64,000 bases of DNA from Fimicolochytrium jonesii (lineage: Eukaryota), in NCBI RefSeq assembly GCF_025526975.1, contig NW_026515671.1:1612001-1676000 (forward strand), in the 5' to 3' direction. Position numbers and translations under genes: made by a program. Below are positions 1-10,799 of the stretch, in pieces. The notes beneath the pieces were generated by a model, which searched no databases, was not told the DNA's origin, and saw only the letters and a list, made by a program, of their open reading frames with translations. Numbering within the stretch: the stretch's first letter is position 1; every line of letters begins with the position of its first letter.

Positions 1-3000
1 CTCGGCCCCTTTAGTATACTGTGAGAAATTGACGGGCCCTGAGGCGCGTTTGAACAGCATCGGATTGCGGCGGGTGAGGTCCACCCCGACTTGGCTGCGG
101 CGCGGTTGTTTCTGGCCGTCGCGCGCTCGGGCATACAGCACGGTGATTAGGTCGAGGTATCGTTCGGGAATTGGTTTGGTGATGGTGGTGATGCTCTCCG
201 GGCCGGCGGTTGTCGTAGGTCTCGCGGGCGTGAGGGAGATCGGGGTCTCTGTGCCGGAGGCTGGTGGGGTGTCCGCCCCGGACGACGACGTAAGTGATCC
301 AGGCGACGAGATGTCCGACGAAACTTCCGCAAGCCGAGAAATCGAGAGGTCACAGGAAGTTTTCGCAGGTTCAGATGAGACATCGGACAAGCTCCCTTCT
401 GGTTCAGACGACGAGGTGTCCGGCGACAACACGTCCGGCGGCTGGGAAGGCGAGATGTCACCCAAAGTTTTCGCAGGTTCAGATGAGACATCGGTCAAAC
501 TTTCCGCATGCCGAGCGCCCGCACTAGTTCGCGCGGCCCTCATCTCCAACTCCCGCAACGCTTTAACAATCTCATCCGCCGCCCCAAACTTCCTCTCCAA
601 AAAAATGCGCGCCTTCCTCGTACCGACCCCCTGCTGAACCTGCCCTCTTAGCGCCGCGAGAGCCTCCTTCGCCCTACTCATCATCCCCTCCACCCTGAAC
701 AAAATCACCAACTGCACCAACGTCTCCGGTTGCACCTGCACCCCCGTGTCCCGCATCTGCTGCCGAACCCTCACCGCGTTGACAACATCCCCGGTCGATG
801 CATATGCCGACAACACCGCGTTCCAGTCCTCCCGGAACGCTTTCAAACCACACTGATTGAACCAGCCCAGTACACTTTCCGTCGCGAGGCCGTTGCCGAC
901 TTGGCTAAACCCGGTGAGGAGGACGCGAAGGGTTGCGATGCCGACGTGCAGGCCCGCTTGGAGGAGCGTCTGTGAGAGTTGCGAAAGAGTGCCAGTTTTG
1001 TTGTCCATGGCATGTACGAGACGGACAGCTAGGTTCGTATCGGTGCGCACCCTGAGGTGTTTGAAGCCGCGTTTCTTGATTTGGAGCCAGGCGGAGACAA
1101 GTTTGGCCCGTTGAACGAGATCGGAGGGGGTGGGGATGGTGCCGTCTAGGTTTGGGACCGGTGGAGAGGTTGAGTTGGGGAGAGGGGTCGTTTCGGCAGG
1201 CTTCATCTTCTGGCGCAGTTCAGCGGCTGTGGCGTGCCTGCCTGCTTCCTCACAGGCATGTATCACGATGTTGAACATGTCTTGACGAGCAGGTTTCTTC
1301 ATCGCCGCGTTGCGTTGCTCAAACAATGCCAAGACCTTGGAAATGTTCAGATTCTTGACGTAAAAGTGGATCAACTCAAAGAAGAGCACATCATCAGGTC
1401 CCCACTTGTCATTTAGTTCCGCAAAAACCTTCACGATCTCCGCTTCATGGTTGCCTGCCGTGCATCCCTGCATGTACGCCGCCGCCGCCCGCCTTTTCAA
1501 GTGATGCTCCAAAAACTGATCCAACAGCAGTCGGGCAGCACTGAACTGTCCCATATGCGCATAACACAGCATGAGATTTAGTTCCCCATACCGATCCACA
1601 AAAAGAATCTTGTTCTCACTCGCCGTCTGCAACACCCGGTCCACCATTGTCGGACTCTGCAGCCGCGCAAAGAAGTAAATAAACTCCTGGTAAACACCGA
1701 TATCCGGGGGGGTGCCCGTGGCGGTATAGTACTGCCACAGCTTGGTGAGGAACGTGACGTGGTCGCGGCGGTCCCAGGGCTCTCTCTTGCCATTGCGTTT
1801 GTAGGTGTACAGCACGTACTTCAGCGCTTCGGCAGTGAGCCAGGGTGCGTCGCCGGCGCTTTCAACTTGGGGGTAGAGTACCCACACGGACATCTGGTAG
1901 TTTTGTGAGACAGCCCTGTAGAACTCTTCGAGCAGGGCTGGGTTGTTGGGGGTGGCGGATCGGGAGGCGGGTGGCTTGACGGGGGTGCTGTGGGACCGCG
2001 CACTCGTTGGTGGGTTTTTGTCACGAACCAACTTCAGCTCCAATTCACTTCCATAGAGATCCAATTCAGTCACATCTAGCCTCCTTGCCGATGATTTCTC
2101 ATTTCCAGGTGTGCCGTCCTGCCCCAACCGAGCGTTCTTTTGCGGCTCAGCCTCTCTCTCGATTCCAATCTCCTGCGACGCACTCGTTCCCGCATGCGAG
2201 TGATCCCGGCTCTTGCCCCGGGACGGCCTTGACTCCGGTTCACTCTCACCGTCCCTCCTCCGCGCCGGTTGCACCTTTCGAGATGTGCTACCCAGCCTCC
2301 GCTCCAATTCATTCCCAACCTGCATCTTCTGTTCTGCCTCACGGCCCCATGCTGCCTCTTCTGCGGGGGTTCGCAATAAGTTCCCCCTCCAGTGTTTACG
2401 CTGCCTCCGATCGCTCTTTTCAAATTCCAGCACCGGACTCTTTCCCACAGCCGCCAAAGCCGCAGCCCAATCCACCGTATCCGGCGCCTTCGACAACCCT
2501 CCATTCCCCTCCTTCCCTCGCGTTGCACCATCGGACCCATCAACACCCTGCATCGGTAACAACGCCCCCTCCGCCGGATCCCTTTTCCTTTCCTGTCGGT
2601 GCCGAACTAGTGTTGATGCATCTTCCGTTGATGGAAACGACTTTCCCCCCCGCTCGCCACTGACATCCGCCTTCGAAGCGGCCAGGTACTGGTCAACAGC
2701 CCGTTTGTCGGGCAGTCCGGTGGTGAGTGCAGCGGTTGCTTCTTTCTTAGCGCGGGGTGCTGTCATCGAGCGATAAGCTGCCGCTGCGGCTTCTGTCGGC
2801 GTGGGTATTACTGGAGCATCGGTTCCAGTCGCAGCCCTATCACCAGGTTCGGCGTGCGTCGTCCGTTCCGAAGACGACGCACCACCATGCGCTGCACCCT
2901 CCCCTGTCGGCACCGAGAGGTTTGCTGCTGCTGCTTCTGTCGGTGTGGTAAGTGGGGCATCCACTGCTTTGTCCCCCTGTTCGCCATGGGTAATCGCCTC

Positions 3001-3180
3001 CGCCACCGGACCAGGAACCGACGACGACGAAACCTCGCTACTCAAGAACCGCCGACCAACCCTCCGGGCCAAATTTATTGATCCACCAGCATTCCGCCGG
3101 TGATATACGGCAGCATTTAGCCGAAAGAAGCGGTGGACAAGGAGGTCGGTTATGGGCAGCCGATGGGTGAATGCACGCAT
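1..3180 (-). CDS. Pentatricopeptide-repeat (PPR) protein, probably mitochondrial; 3' end runs off the window
   Basis: Manual translation shows an open minus-strand frame from ATG 3180 (MRAFTHRLPITDLLVHRFFRL..., Arg-rich presequence-like) to base 1 with no stop. PPR-like motifs: MFNIVIHACEEAGRHATAAELRQKM and WNAVLSAYASTGDVVNAVRVRQQMRDTGVQ. Probably absent from the ORF track because there is no stop in the window. Confidence 0.8.
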   Translation of the reverse strand, partial: MRAFTHRLPITDLLVHRFFRLNAAVYHRRNAGGSINLARRVGRRFLSSEVSSSSVPGPVAEAITHGEQGDKAVDAPLTTPTEAAAANLSVPTGEGAAHGGASSSERTTHAEPGDRAATGTDAPVIPTPTEAAAAAYRSMTAPRAKKEATAALTTGLPDKRAVDQYLAASKADVSGERGGKSFPSTEDASTLVRHRQERKRDPAEGALLPMQGVDGSDGATRGKEGNGGLSKAPDTVDWAAALAAVGKSPVLEFEKSDRRQRKHWRGNLLRTPAEEAAWGREAEQKMQVGNELERRLGSTSRKVQPARRRDGESEPESRPSRGKSRDHSHAGTSASQEIGIEREAEPQKNARLGQDGTPGNEKSSARRLDVTELDLYGSELELKLVRDKNPPTSARSHSTPVKPPASRSATPNNPALLEEFYRAVSQNYQMSVWVLYPQVESAGDAPWLTAEALKYVLYTYKRNGKREPWDRRDHVTFLTKLWQYYTATGTPPDIGVYQEFIYFFARLQSPTMVDRVLQTASENKILFVDRYGELNLMLCYAHMGQFSAARLLLDQFLEHHLKRRAAAAYMQGCTAGNHEAEIVKVFAELNDKWGPDDVLFFELIHFYVKNLNISKVLALFEQRNAAMKKPARQDMFNIVIHACEEAGRHATAAELRQKMKPAETTPLPNSTSPPVPNLDGTIPTPSDLVQRAKLVSAWLQIKKRGFKHLRVRTDTNLAVRLVHAMDNKTGTLSQLSQTLLQAGLHVGIATLRVLLTGFSQVGNGLATESVLGWFNQCGLKAFREDWNAVLSAYASTGDVVNAVRVRQQMRDTGVQVQPETLVQLVILFRVEGMMSRAKEALAALRGQVQQGVGTRKARIFLERKFGAADEIVKALRELEMRAARTSAGARHAESLTDVSSEPAKTLGDISPSQPPDVLSPDTSSSEPEGSLSDVSSEPAKTSCDLSISRLAEVSSDISSPGSLTSSSGADTPPASGTETPISLTPARPTTTAGPESITTITKPIPERYLDLITVLYARARDGQKQPRRSQVGVDLTRRNPMLFKRASGPVNFSQYTKGAE

Positions 3181-3865
3181 TCTTCGAAAGTGCCGTGATG
3201 CTCGACGTATTCTAGATCTATGGCTGCAACGCGGACGGAGCCCTACATGTACATGAAGGAGGGAATCATCGAATTATTCCCACTTGATAAATGATTGCGA
3301 TATAAAAGTGGGTGAATTCCATTCGCCAGAAAGGTCAATGTCGATTGATTCCTTCTCATGCAGACCCGTTTCTGACAGCGGTGCCATTTTGACAGGGTTT
3401 GGCACTGACAGGTTTGGCAAGATCTCGAGGATTTTTCAGGCCAACCCGGAAACAGCAGCGTTCCTGGGTTGACAAAAAGAAGAACAACCGCCAACAACAG
3501 TGAACAGATGAGAAGGGCCAAGATCGCGAGAGGGAGCTTCCTGGGTTCTTATTCTCATTGACATTCACCGCTGGGGTCGACAGCTCTCAAGGCTATAGCT
3601 TGCGGTTTGCCATAGCCTGTTTGTTCGGTCAGGAGTGGTCAATCTAATTATGCTCTTCTCCATCTGCAGCAGCAGCTGAACCTCTCAAAGTAAGACGAAG
3701 GAAAATATAGATAGATGTAGAATGTGTGTATACAGTAGTTCGTTGTAAAGACCCGTCTATGTAAAATGGTGCCCGTGGCAGGGAGATTTGAGATCGTCCG
3801 TCCAATCCTCCCCAACGTCGTCGGAGGCTTTTCGACGCACTGATCTGGGATCTCCAACCCCTTGT

Positions 3866-6656
3866 TCATTGAATGCCCACCATCCCCATAATCGGAAACC
3901 CGACACTCAACACCATCACCCACGCCACCACCGAGCACAGCAACCCGACTTTGATGAAATCGCCGACGGTCACCCAAGGCGTGCCGCTGGAATCCTCGAG
4001 GGATATCGCATTCATGTTGGGGAAGGAGGAGACGGGGAGGCCCATTGCTCCTGAGCACATCATTGCTGTGATGCGAGATCGAAAATTATTTCAGCTGCGA
4101 AAAGCGATAATTATGCAAAAATGAGGACATGTAAATCATACCAGCAGCCATGACAAGCGTATTGGCCCTCGGATCCGGCAACGTAGCCCCCACTTTCAAG
4201 ATAATCGGCAAGATGATCAGCGCGCCGACCGTATGGCTGATGAACGTGGTTCCCACCAAGACCAGGCCCGAGAACAGTGCGAGGCATTTGAAGACGGACA
4301 TGCCGGCGAGATGCGGGGTGAGCGCGTTGGTGATTTCGAGAAGGAGGCCGCTGGAGTCGACGGCTTTGCCGAGGGCTATGCCGCCCATGGCGAGCATTAC
4401 GACTGGGGGGATGAAAAGTTGGCGTCAGCAATCGGAGATCATGTTTCCTGAGTGACAAGTTGACAATGACGCAAGGACAAGAACCCACCAGACCACAACA
4501 TCGAATTCCAATCATCCTTAGTCAGCAACCCGGCCCCATAGAACGCAACGATGGGTATAATTGCAATCACACCCATATCCCCAAAATACTGCTCCAGCCC
4601 GCTCCCAAAGCACCACAGCAAGATCGTCACCAATGTGACCGCAATAATATACCACTGCTTCCTCTCCAACGGATGGTCCTTGAAATAGTTCCTGGAGGTA
4701 TTCTCAGCGCCAAACAGCTGGACGGGGGCCGCGCCTTCGGTTTGCGAGGGGCGGTAGATGGCGAGGAGGAGGCCCCAGATGATCAGGTCCATGATGATGA
4801 CGACCGGGAGGGAGACAGCGAACCATTGCGGCCAGGACGGGGCAGGGTTCATGGTTCCGATGGCGATGATGTTTTGGGGGGAGGAGATGGGGGAGGCCAT
4901 GCCGCCGACGTTGGCGGCCATGGCGATGCCCATGATGAGGCAGCGACCGTAGGAGGAGCCGAGAGGGAGGTTGCGCAGGATGGGCTGTGAGGAAGGATAG
5001 CTGAGTAAGCACAGGCTGGGAGGAATCGGAGACTTACAACCATCATCCTACTTACGGTGACAAGCGAAAAACACAACACAGGCGCCGCAACATTGCTAAT
5101 CCACATACTCGCAAATGTGCTCACAAACATGTTGGCCAGAAGCACCCACTGCGGCTTGCTGCCCGCCTTCCCCAGGACAAACGACGCCAGTCCCTTTGCG
5201 ATGTTGTGCTTGCTGAGCGCTGCTGCCAATGAGAAGCCACCGAGCAGCAGCATGATCACAGGACCGAACATGTCTGAGAAGATCTTCTTGGCGCCGTCTT
5301 TGGCTGTCATGCGGTTGTAGTCGGTGATGTGCCCTTTTGCGTTGATGACGGGTGTGCGGAGCACTCGGAGAAATACCACGAGGAAGGGAACCAGAATGGC
5401 GGTGATGAACAACGGAAGGACCTATGAGGGCAGGGATGCTGGTCAGATGAGAGGCACCGAAGAACCAGTAGACGAACTGCTCAGCATACCTCAAAAGCCC
5501 AAAGCAATGAGGCGAAGACCAGTATAGCCAAGCAGTTCCGCTGCTCCGGCGCCTCAAAGGTAGGGTACAGCAACAAGAACGCAAACACGCCCAGACAAAG
5601 CACGACTTGCAGCAGTTCCCGAGATATCCTAATGGTCACACCCAACAAAGTGAACTCGGTATAAATTGATTTCCCGGTCTTCGACTGTGCCCGCAGCGCT
5701 ATCGTCTCCCTCTTCCGCTCCTGCTCGATCATGTCCTTCCAGACCGTGTTCCTCTCCCAAATCACTCTTTCCCGCAATGTTCCCTTAAGATCCGTCCATG
5801 CTAGGGCGATCTTGCCATCTGTGCGGAGCGTCGCATACATCTCGACAATCTGGTTGATCTGCTGGTTGAGGGCTTCTTTCGATTGAGCGCGGAATGGTTT
5901 GGCCACTTCGACCTTCGTGGCCATATATTGCCGGCGGAGTTTGTTACCCGTCACTTTGTCATACTTTTTGATGATTTTGCTGAACCCTGTGTAATTCAGC
6001 TCGATGTAGTCCTTCAATTCGGAAAGAAGGATGAACAGGTCGATGGCACGCTTTGCGAAGCGGGTTCGGTATGGCTTCATAGCCTTCGAGGCCCACAATT
6101 GCGTCGTGAAGGAGACTCCGGACATGCGGGACCGTGGGCTGCCTGTTCGGTTGACAGGAGCGGAACCTCTCCGAGGCCAGGTCGACGATCCCGGTGATGT
6201 TGGCGACTGCGTCGGCCCCACCGATGCGACGGCGTCTCCTTCGACCGCGGGCTCCTCTACCAGGAGCCCATTTTCGATATCCGCCTGTGGTTTCGCATAG
6301 TCCTCCGCTGTTGCAACGTCCGTCACTAACTCGTCCACCAAAGACGTCAGCTCTCGCTCCTTTTTGGTGTAGAAGGCTGTTATCCGCTCGAGCTGCTCGT
6401 CCAACGCTTTGACGAAGAATGCGTTGCCCTCCTCGGCTGGCAATTTCGATAGGAGTGGCTGAGCTTCCTCAACGGCCGGCGAGCCTTCGTCGTTCTCGTT
6501 GTCGACCTGTATGTCCCTCGGTGAAGCAGGTAAGCGCTCGAACCCGAGCATTGCTTTTTCGATGGCATAGATGGCTTTCTTCAGCTGCGAGTATGCGAGG
6601 TAGTTCTCCTGCCATTCTGGCGAGGCGTTGATCTGGATGGAGTGCGAGAATTTCAT
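3866..6656 (-). CDS. PHO91: SPX-domain low-affinity phosphate transporter (Pho87/Pho90/Pho91, SLC13/DASS family), multi-exon
   Basis: N-terminal SPX (MKFSHSIQINASPEWQENYLAYSQLKK; LNYTGFSKIIKKYDK). Later exons carry SMWISNVAAPVLC, GIAMAANVGGMASPISSPQN, FISHTVGALIILP and GAMGLPVSSFPNMNA. The exact paralog is uncertain. Confidence 0.9.
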
Positions 6657-7798
6657 GCTGGGCTAGAAGTTCGGGTGCTATTGCTGGGTAGAACGACGGT
6701 CCTCCGCGGAAATAGAGACCCGTCTAGTGGAGAGATGTATGCAAACGTCAATTCAGGACTGTGTGGGGCACTTTTTCTCAGGGGTTCCGGCGTGGGAACT
6801 GAAAAAGACAACAAAGACGACGCCCGACGAGATCACCAAAAGCCGCGATGACAGCGCTCAACAATGAAGTCGCGCTGTCGAACGCCCGCCCGGGCTCCCC
6901 GTCTCTCCCGTTCGACACCACATACCCAAACCCTCCATATGCATACTAGCATGACATGGGGAAGGGACATAGAACTAGTCGTCTCCCAGCCGCATGACTC
7001 TGCCAGCAATCGACTCATCAGCTGAAGACGGCCGTTGAGAACTGTAGGCACTGAGAGCGTGCTATCTTGCTGTGTCTAGTACTCATCCATCGACGGGAAG
7101 CATTGTCTACGAACTACGTTGCCATGTGCATAAAAAGGCGCTGCAGATTAAAATACCGCTGTGACCTGGCGAACAGCATCTTCGTACGGAAATTCCTGAT
7201 CGCATGCTGCTGTAAATGCCTGTAACGTACTGAAGAAGCGCATCAAGCTCGCCAGTGGCTACATTGAAGGACAAATCACACCAACACATCTCAGCTGGAA
7301 CAGTGACGACGTTCAACGACATTTCTTATCAAACATATAGAGTGTCATGGCCTGAAGACAATTGCCGCTCTCTGTCCTCGCTGTGTCGTGACGGATTGTG
7401 AAACCAAAAATCTCGTGTACTTGTGTCTTTCCTTATGAGAAGATTCATCTGAGGAAGGGATGGGATGTGCATCGAAGCTACTTGGCGGAGCTAGGTACGT
7501 GCGAAAGGAACATGCCCCCTAAGAGGACCACCAGCAGGAGCAAACGGCAGGAAAGAAGGGTATCAAGTAGCGGTGATAGGGTTATGACACTGTCTGACGT
7601 TCGGACACGCGCGTTTCGGACGTCCGACGCTGAATTCTGGACTTGAACACCCCGCCTTTCAACCAACGCACAGAACGCTACCCACAGAACGCTCCCTTCG
7701 TCTTCCACCCCTGCCTACCGCCTCTGCTGCCCCCCGCAACGATACAGTCTTTTGATACGGAATAGGAGCAGGACTTGCCTCTCGTCTTACTGTGAGAA

Positions 7799-10318
7799 AT
7801 GACAACCGACAAGGACCCCGCTGGCCCGCAGGACGACGATGCCACTCAACTCATAACACAGACCCAGGACATGGCCATGGACGTCGACGACGAGCCAGCA
7901 GTGGATGAAGGAGTAGTCAAAGGCGATGGGGATGCCGAGAGTCATAGCAGGACAAAGCGACAAAGCTCGACAGAACAGGCGGAAGCAGCGCCAAATCCCA
8001 CAGACCCATCCCCAACAAAGAAAGTAAAACTAGAACCCCCTCACCCGTCCTCCTCCTCTTCCTCCGACGACGAAAACTTCATAGACGACGGCGATGACGA
8101 CGATCTCATGGATATAGAGGTCGAGGCCATCGCTTCACAAGCCGAGGCCGCAGCAGCGATGATGAAATCCGAGCCAATAGCACGACGACCACCACCGCCG
8201 GCACAACCGTCCGCCAGCACGAACGGCGAGATGGCGCAGTTCCAGAGCTGGCTGCATATCTTTTATCAGCGGCTGTTTCCGTTCACGGACTTTTATCGGT
8301 GGTTGGCTTATGGCGAGAGTAAGTGTGAAAACGATAGACACCTATCGTGTTTGGGGGACATGGCAATGGGGATGTTAAACCTCTGTTTGTTTCTCCTTTG
8401 CCAGTGTCAAAAGGCTACTTTGCAAACCGCGAATGGAGTTTCACCCTCGCCTCTGACGTCTACATCCGTTTCCAGTCGTACAAAACGGCTGACGAGCTCA
8501 AATCTGAGATTCTCCGACTGTGTCCCGTGAAGATCGATATCGGCGCTGTGTACAATATCGCGGTACGCCCACTTTACTTCCTTTTTTTGTTGCTGGAGAG
8601 AACGCAGCTGATGGGAATGTGATTCTCAGCCCAAGGATAAGAAGACGGTGGGACCGTCGGCGTTCCGACCACGGGAGAGGGAGCTGGTGTTTGATATCGA
8701 CATGACGGATTACGATGATATCAGGACATGCTGCAGGTGAGCAGCCCCCATTTCAATAGGATTACAGCGGAGCTGCACACCTCAAACCTGCCCATCTCCC
8801 TACCCAGCGGCGCCGAAATCTGCCTAAAATGCTGGGACTTCATGACCATCTCCATCAAAATCCTGCATCGCGCACTCACCGGTAAACGTCCCCACCTCCC
8901 CCCTCCAATACCCCTCCCAATCTCACACCCTCCCCATAAACAGAGGACTTTGGCTTCAAACACCTCCTCTGGGTCTACAGCGGCCGTCGCGGCGTGCACT
9001 GCTGGGTCGCCGACGAACGCGCCCGATCCATGTCCCCCGAAGCTCGCTCCGCCGTCGTGGCGTACCTCGAGGTCGTCAAAGGTGGATATCATCAGAGGGG
9101 ACAAGGGGATGAGGATCCGATGGATGAGAGGAATTTTCATCCGAGTCTTGTGTGAGTTTTGTGATTACGGGGTGGCGTGATGCCCAGATTGGCACAAAGA
9201 ACTGCCCTCCATCTGATTTTGGTTTGTCTTGGTTTATGGATTGTAGACGGGCGTATGCGGTTCTCAAGAAACATTTCGCGAAAACGATTTTGCTGAATAT
9301 GGACGTGCTTGGGAGTCGCGAGCATTGGATGAAGCTGTTGCAGCTTGTGCCCGATCACGGTAAGCTCCTACTTTGCTCAGCCAGACCAGAAACGTCATAC
9401 GCACGGAGAACCTTTTAGCCTGGGAAATCTCTGATCGTGTTCTTCTTTTGTGGGCTTCCCGTATGCGCTCCTACTCATCCCACTGAATTGAATACAGAAA
9501 TGAGAACGCGACTAGACAAGGAATGGACAGACGAAACCCCCGACAGCGACTCCGGAACGACCTCAGAGGAGCGGTGGAATCGGATCGTGGGCGAGTTGCG
9601 GGGCAAGAAGGTAATGTCTCTACTCTCCTTTTCCGACATCCTTCCCGCCTTCCCCCCATAGTACTGCACCCTGCGCGCGAATTTCGTGGCGGATATCGAT
9701 ATGACGGATGATTGCGCGGATCAAAGAATGATGCCACGAAACTGATGCTATGATACCCATACCAGGGCGCAGCATTCGAAACGGCCGACCGCGCAATCAT
9801 CTTCCGATACACGTACCCGCGCCTCGACGCCAACGTCTCCATTGGGTTGAATCATCTGCTGAAGGCCCCGTTTTGCGTGCATCCGAAGACTGGTAAAAAT
9901 CGCCTCTCCATACCCCTCCTCACTCACTTTTACAATGCACCTGGGTATTCACATATATGAATTTTTAGGAAGGGTATGCGTCCCAATCGACCCAACGCAA
10001 TGCGACACCTTCAACCCGCTCACGGTCCCCACCATCCAATCCCTGCTCGACGAGTTGAACGCGTGGAGCGCCAAAAACAACAATCCCTCCTATATCGAAG
10101 CCGAGAGTCGTCGAAAAATCCCAGGTAAGACCATTGCGCGCGATATAGTGGGTGTGGGTGTGTCGTCTTGAGCACCTGTAACACACAGCGTATGTTTTTT
10201 AGATTACCAGAAAACATCGCTGGAACCGTATGTGAAGTATTTTAGGCAGGGGTTCTTGGACCCGATGGCTAGTGAAGTTAGGCAGAGGATGCGGGAGAGG
10301 GTTGATATGTCTTTTTGA
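7799..10318 (+). CDS. PRI1: DNA primase small (catalytic) subunit, multi-exon
   Basis: Motifs [73 protein letters not shown] and [29 protein letters not shown], on GT-AG separated exons. Confidence 0.95.
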
Positions 10319-10799
10319 TGGGTGAGGATGGGATGTCGGGGGATTGGGAGATGTGAGACATGAGGCGGCTCGAGAGGTGAGAGACGACGGCGCGCGGGAT
10401 GGACTTCGTGCTGGCATGCGTTTTACTGTATATAATCCAATGAGTCTGATCCCCAGTACATGTTGTCCCATAAACATACAAGGCTGCGTCGTCCAAAGTC
10501 ACTCAGACCAAAGTCACTCAATTAGAAATGTACACATTACAACAACAAACTGGCAGACTGAGAACCTCACGCTATACATTCACATTTCGAAAAGCCTTTT
10601 CATATCGGCGCCTCTGTTTCGGTTCCATTGCGGGTATTCTCCAGCATCACATCTTTTCATAACCATACTCAAACTCCCAACAAGTCGAATTGTCTCTTCC
10701 CAAAAATGAACCCCCCACCGCCGAAATTGACCAGCGCTCATAGTAGCCCATCACTAGTCGTGGGTCGCAAGTTTCCCGTTCAAAAATGGATCCAAAACA

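Noticed and set aside
29..3103. Numerous plus-strand ORFs of 60-218 aa
   Set aside because: They are antisense or alternate-frame shadows of the minus-strand PPR gene.
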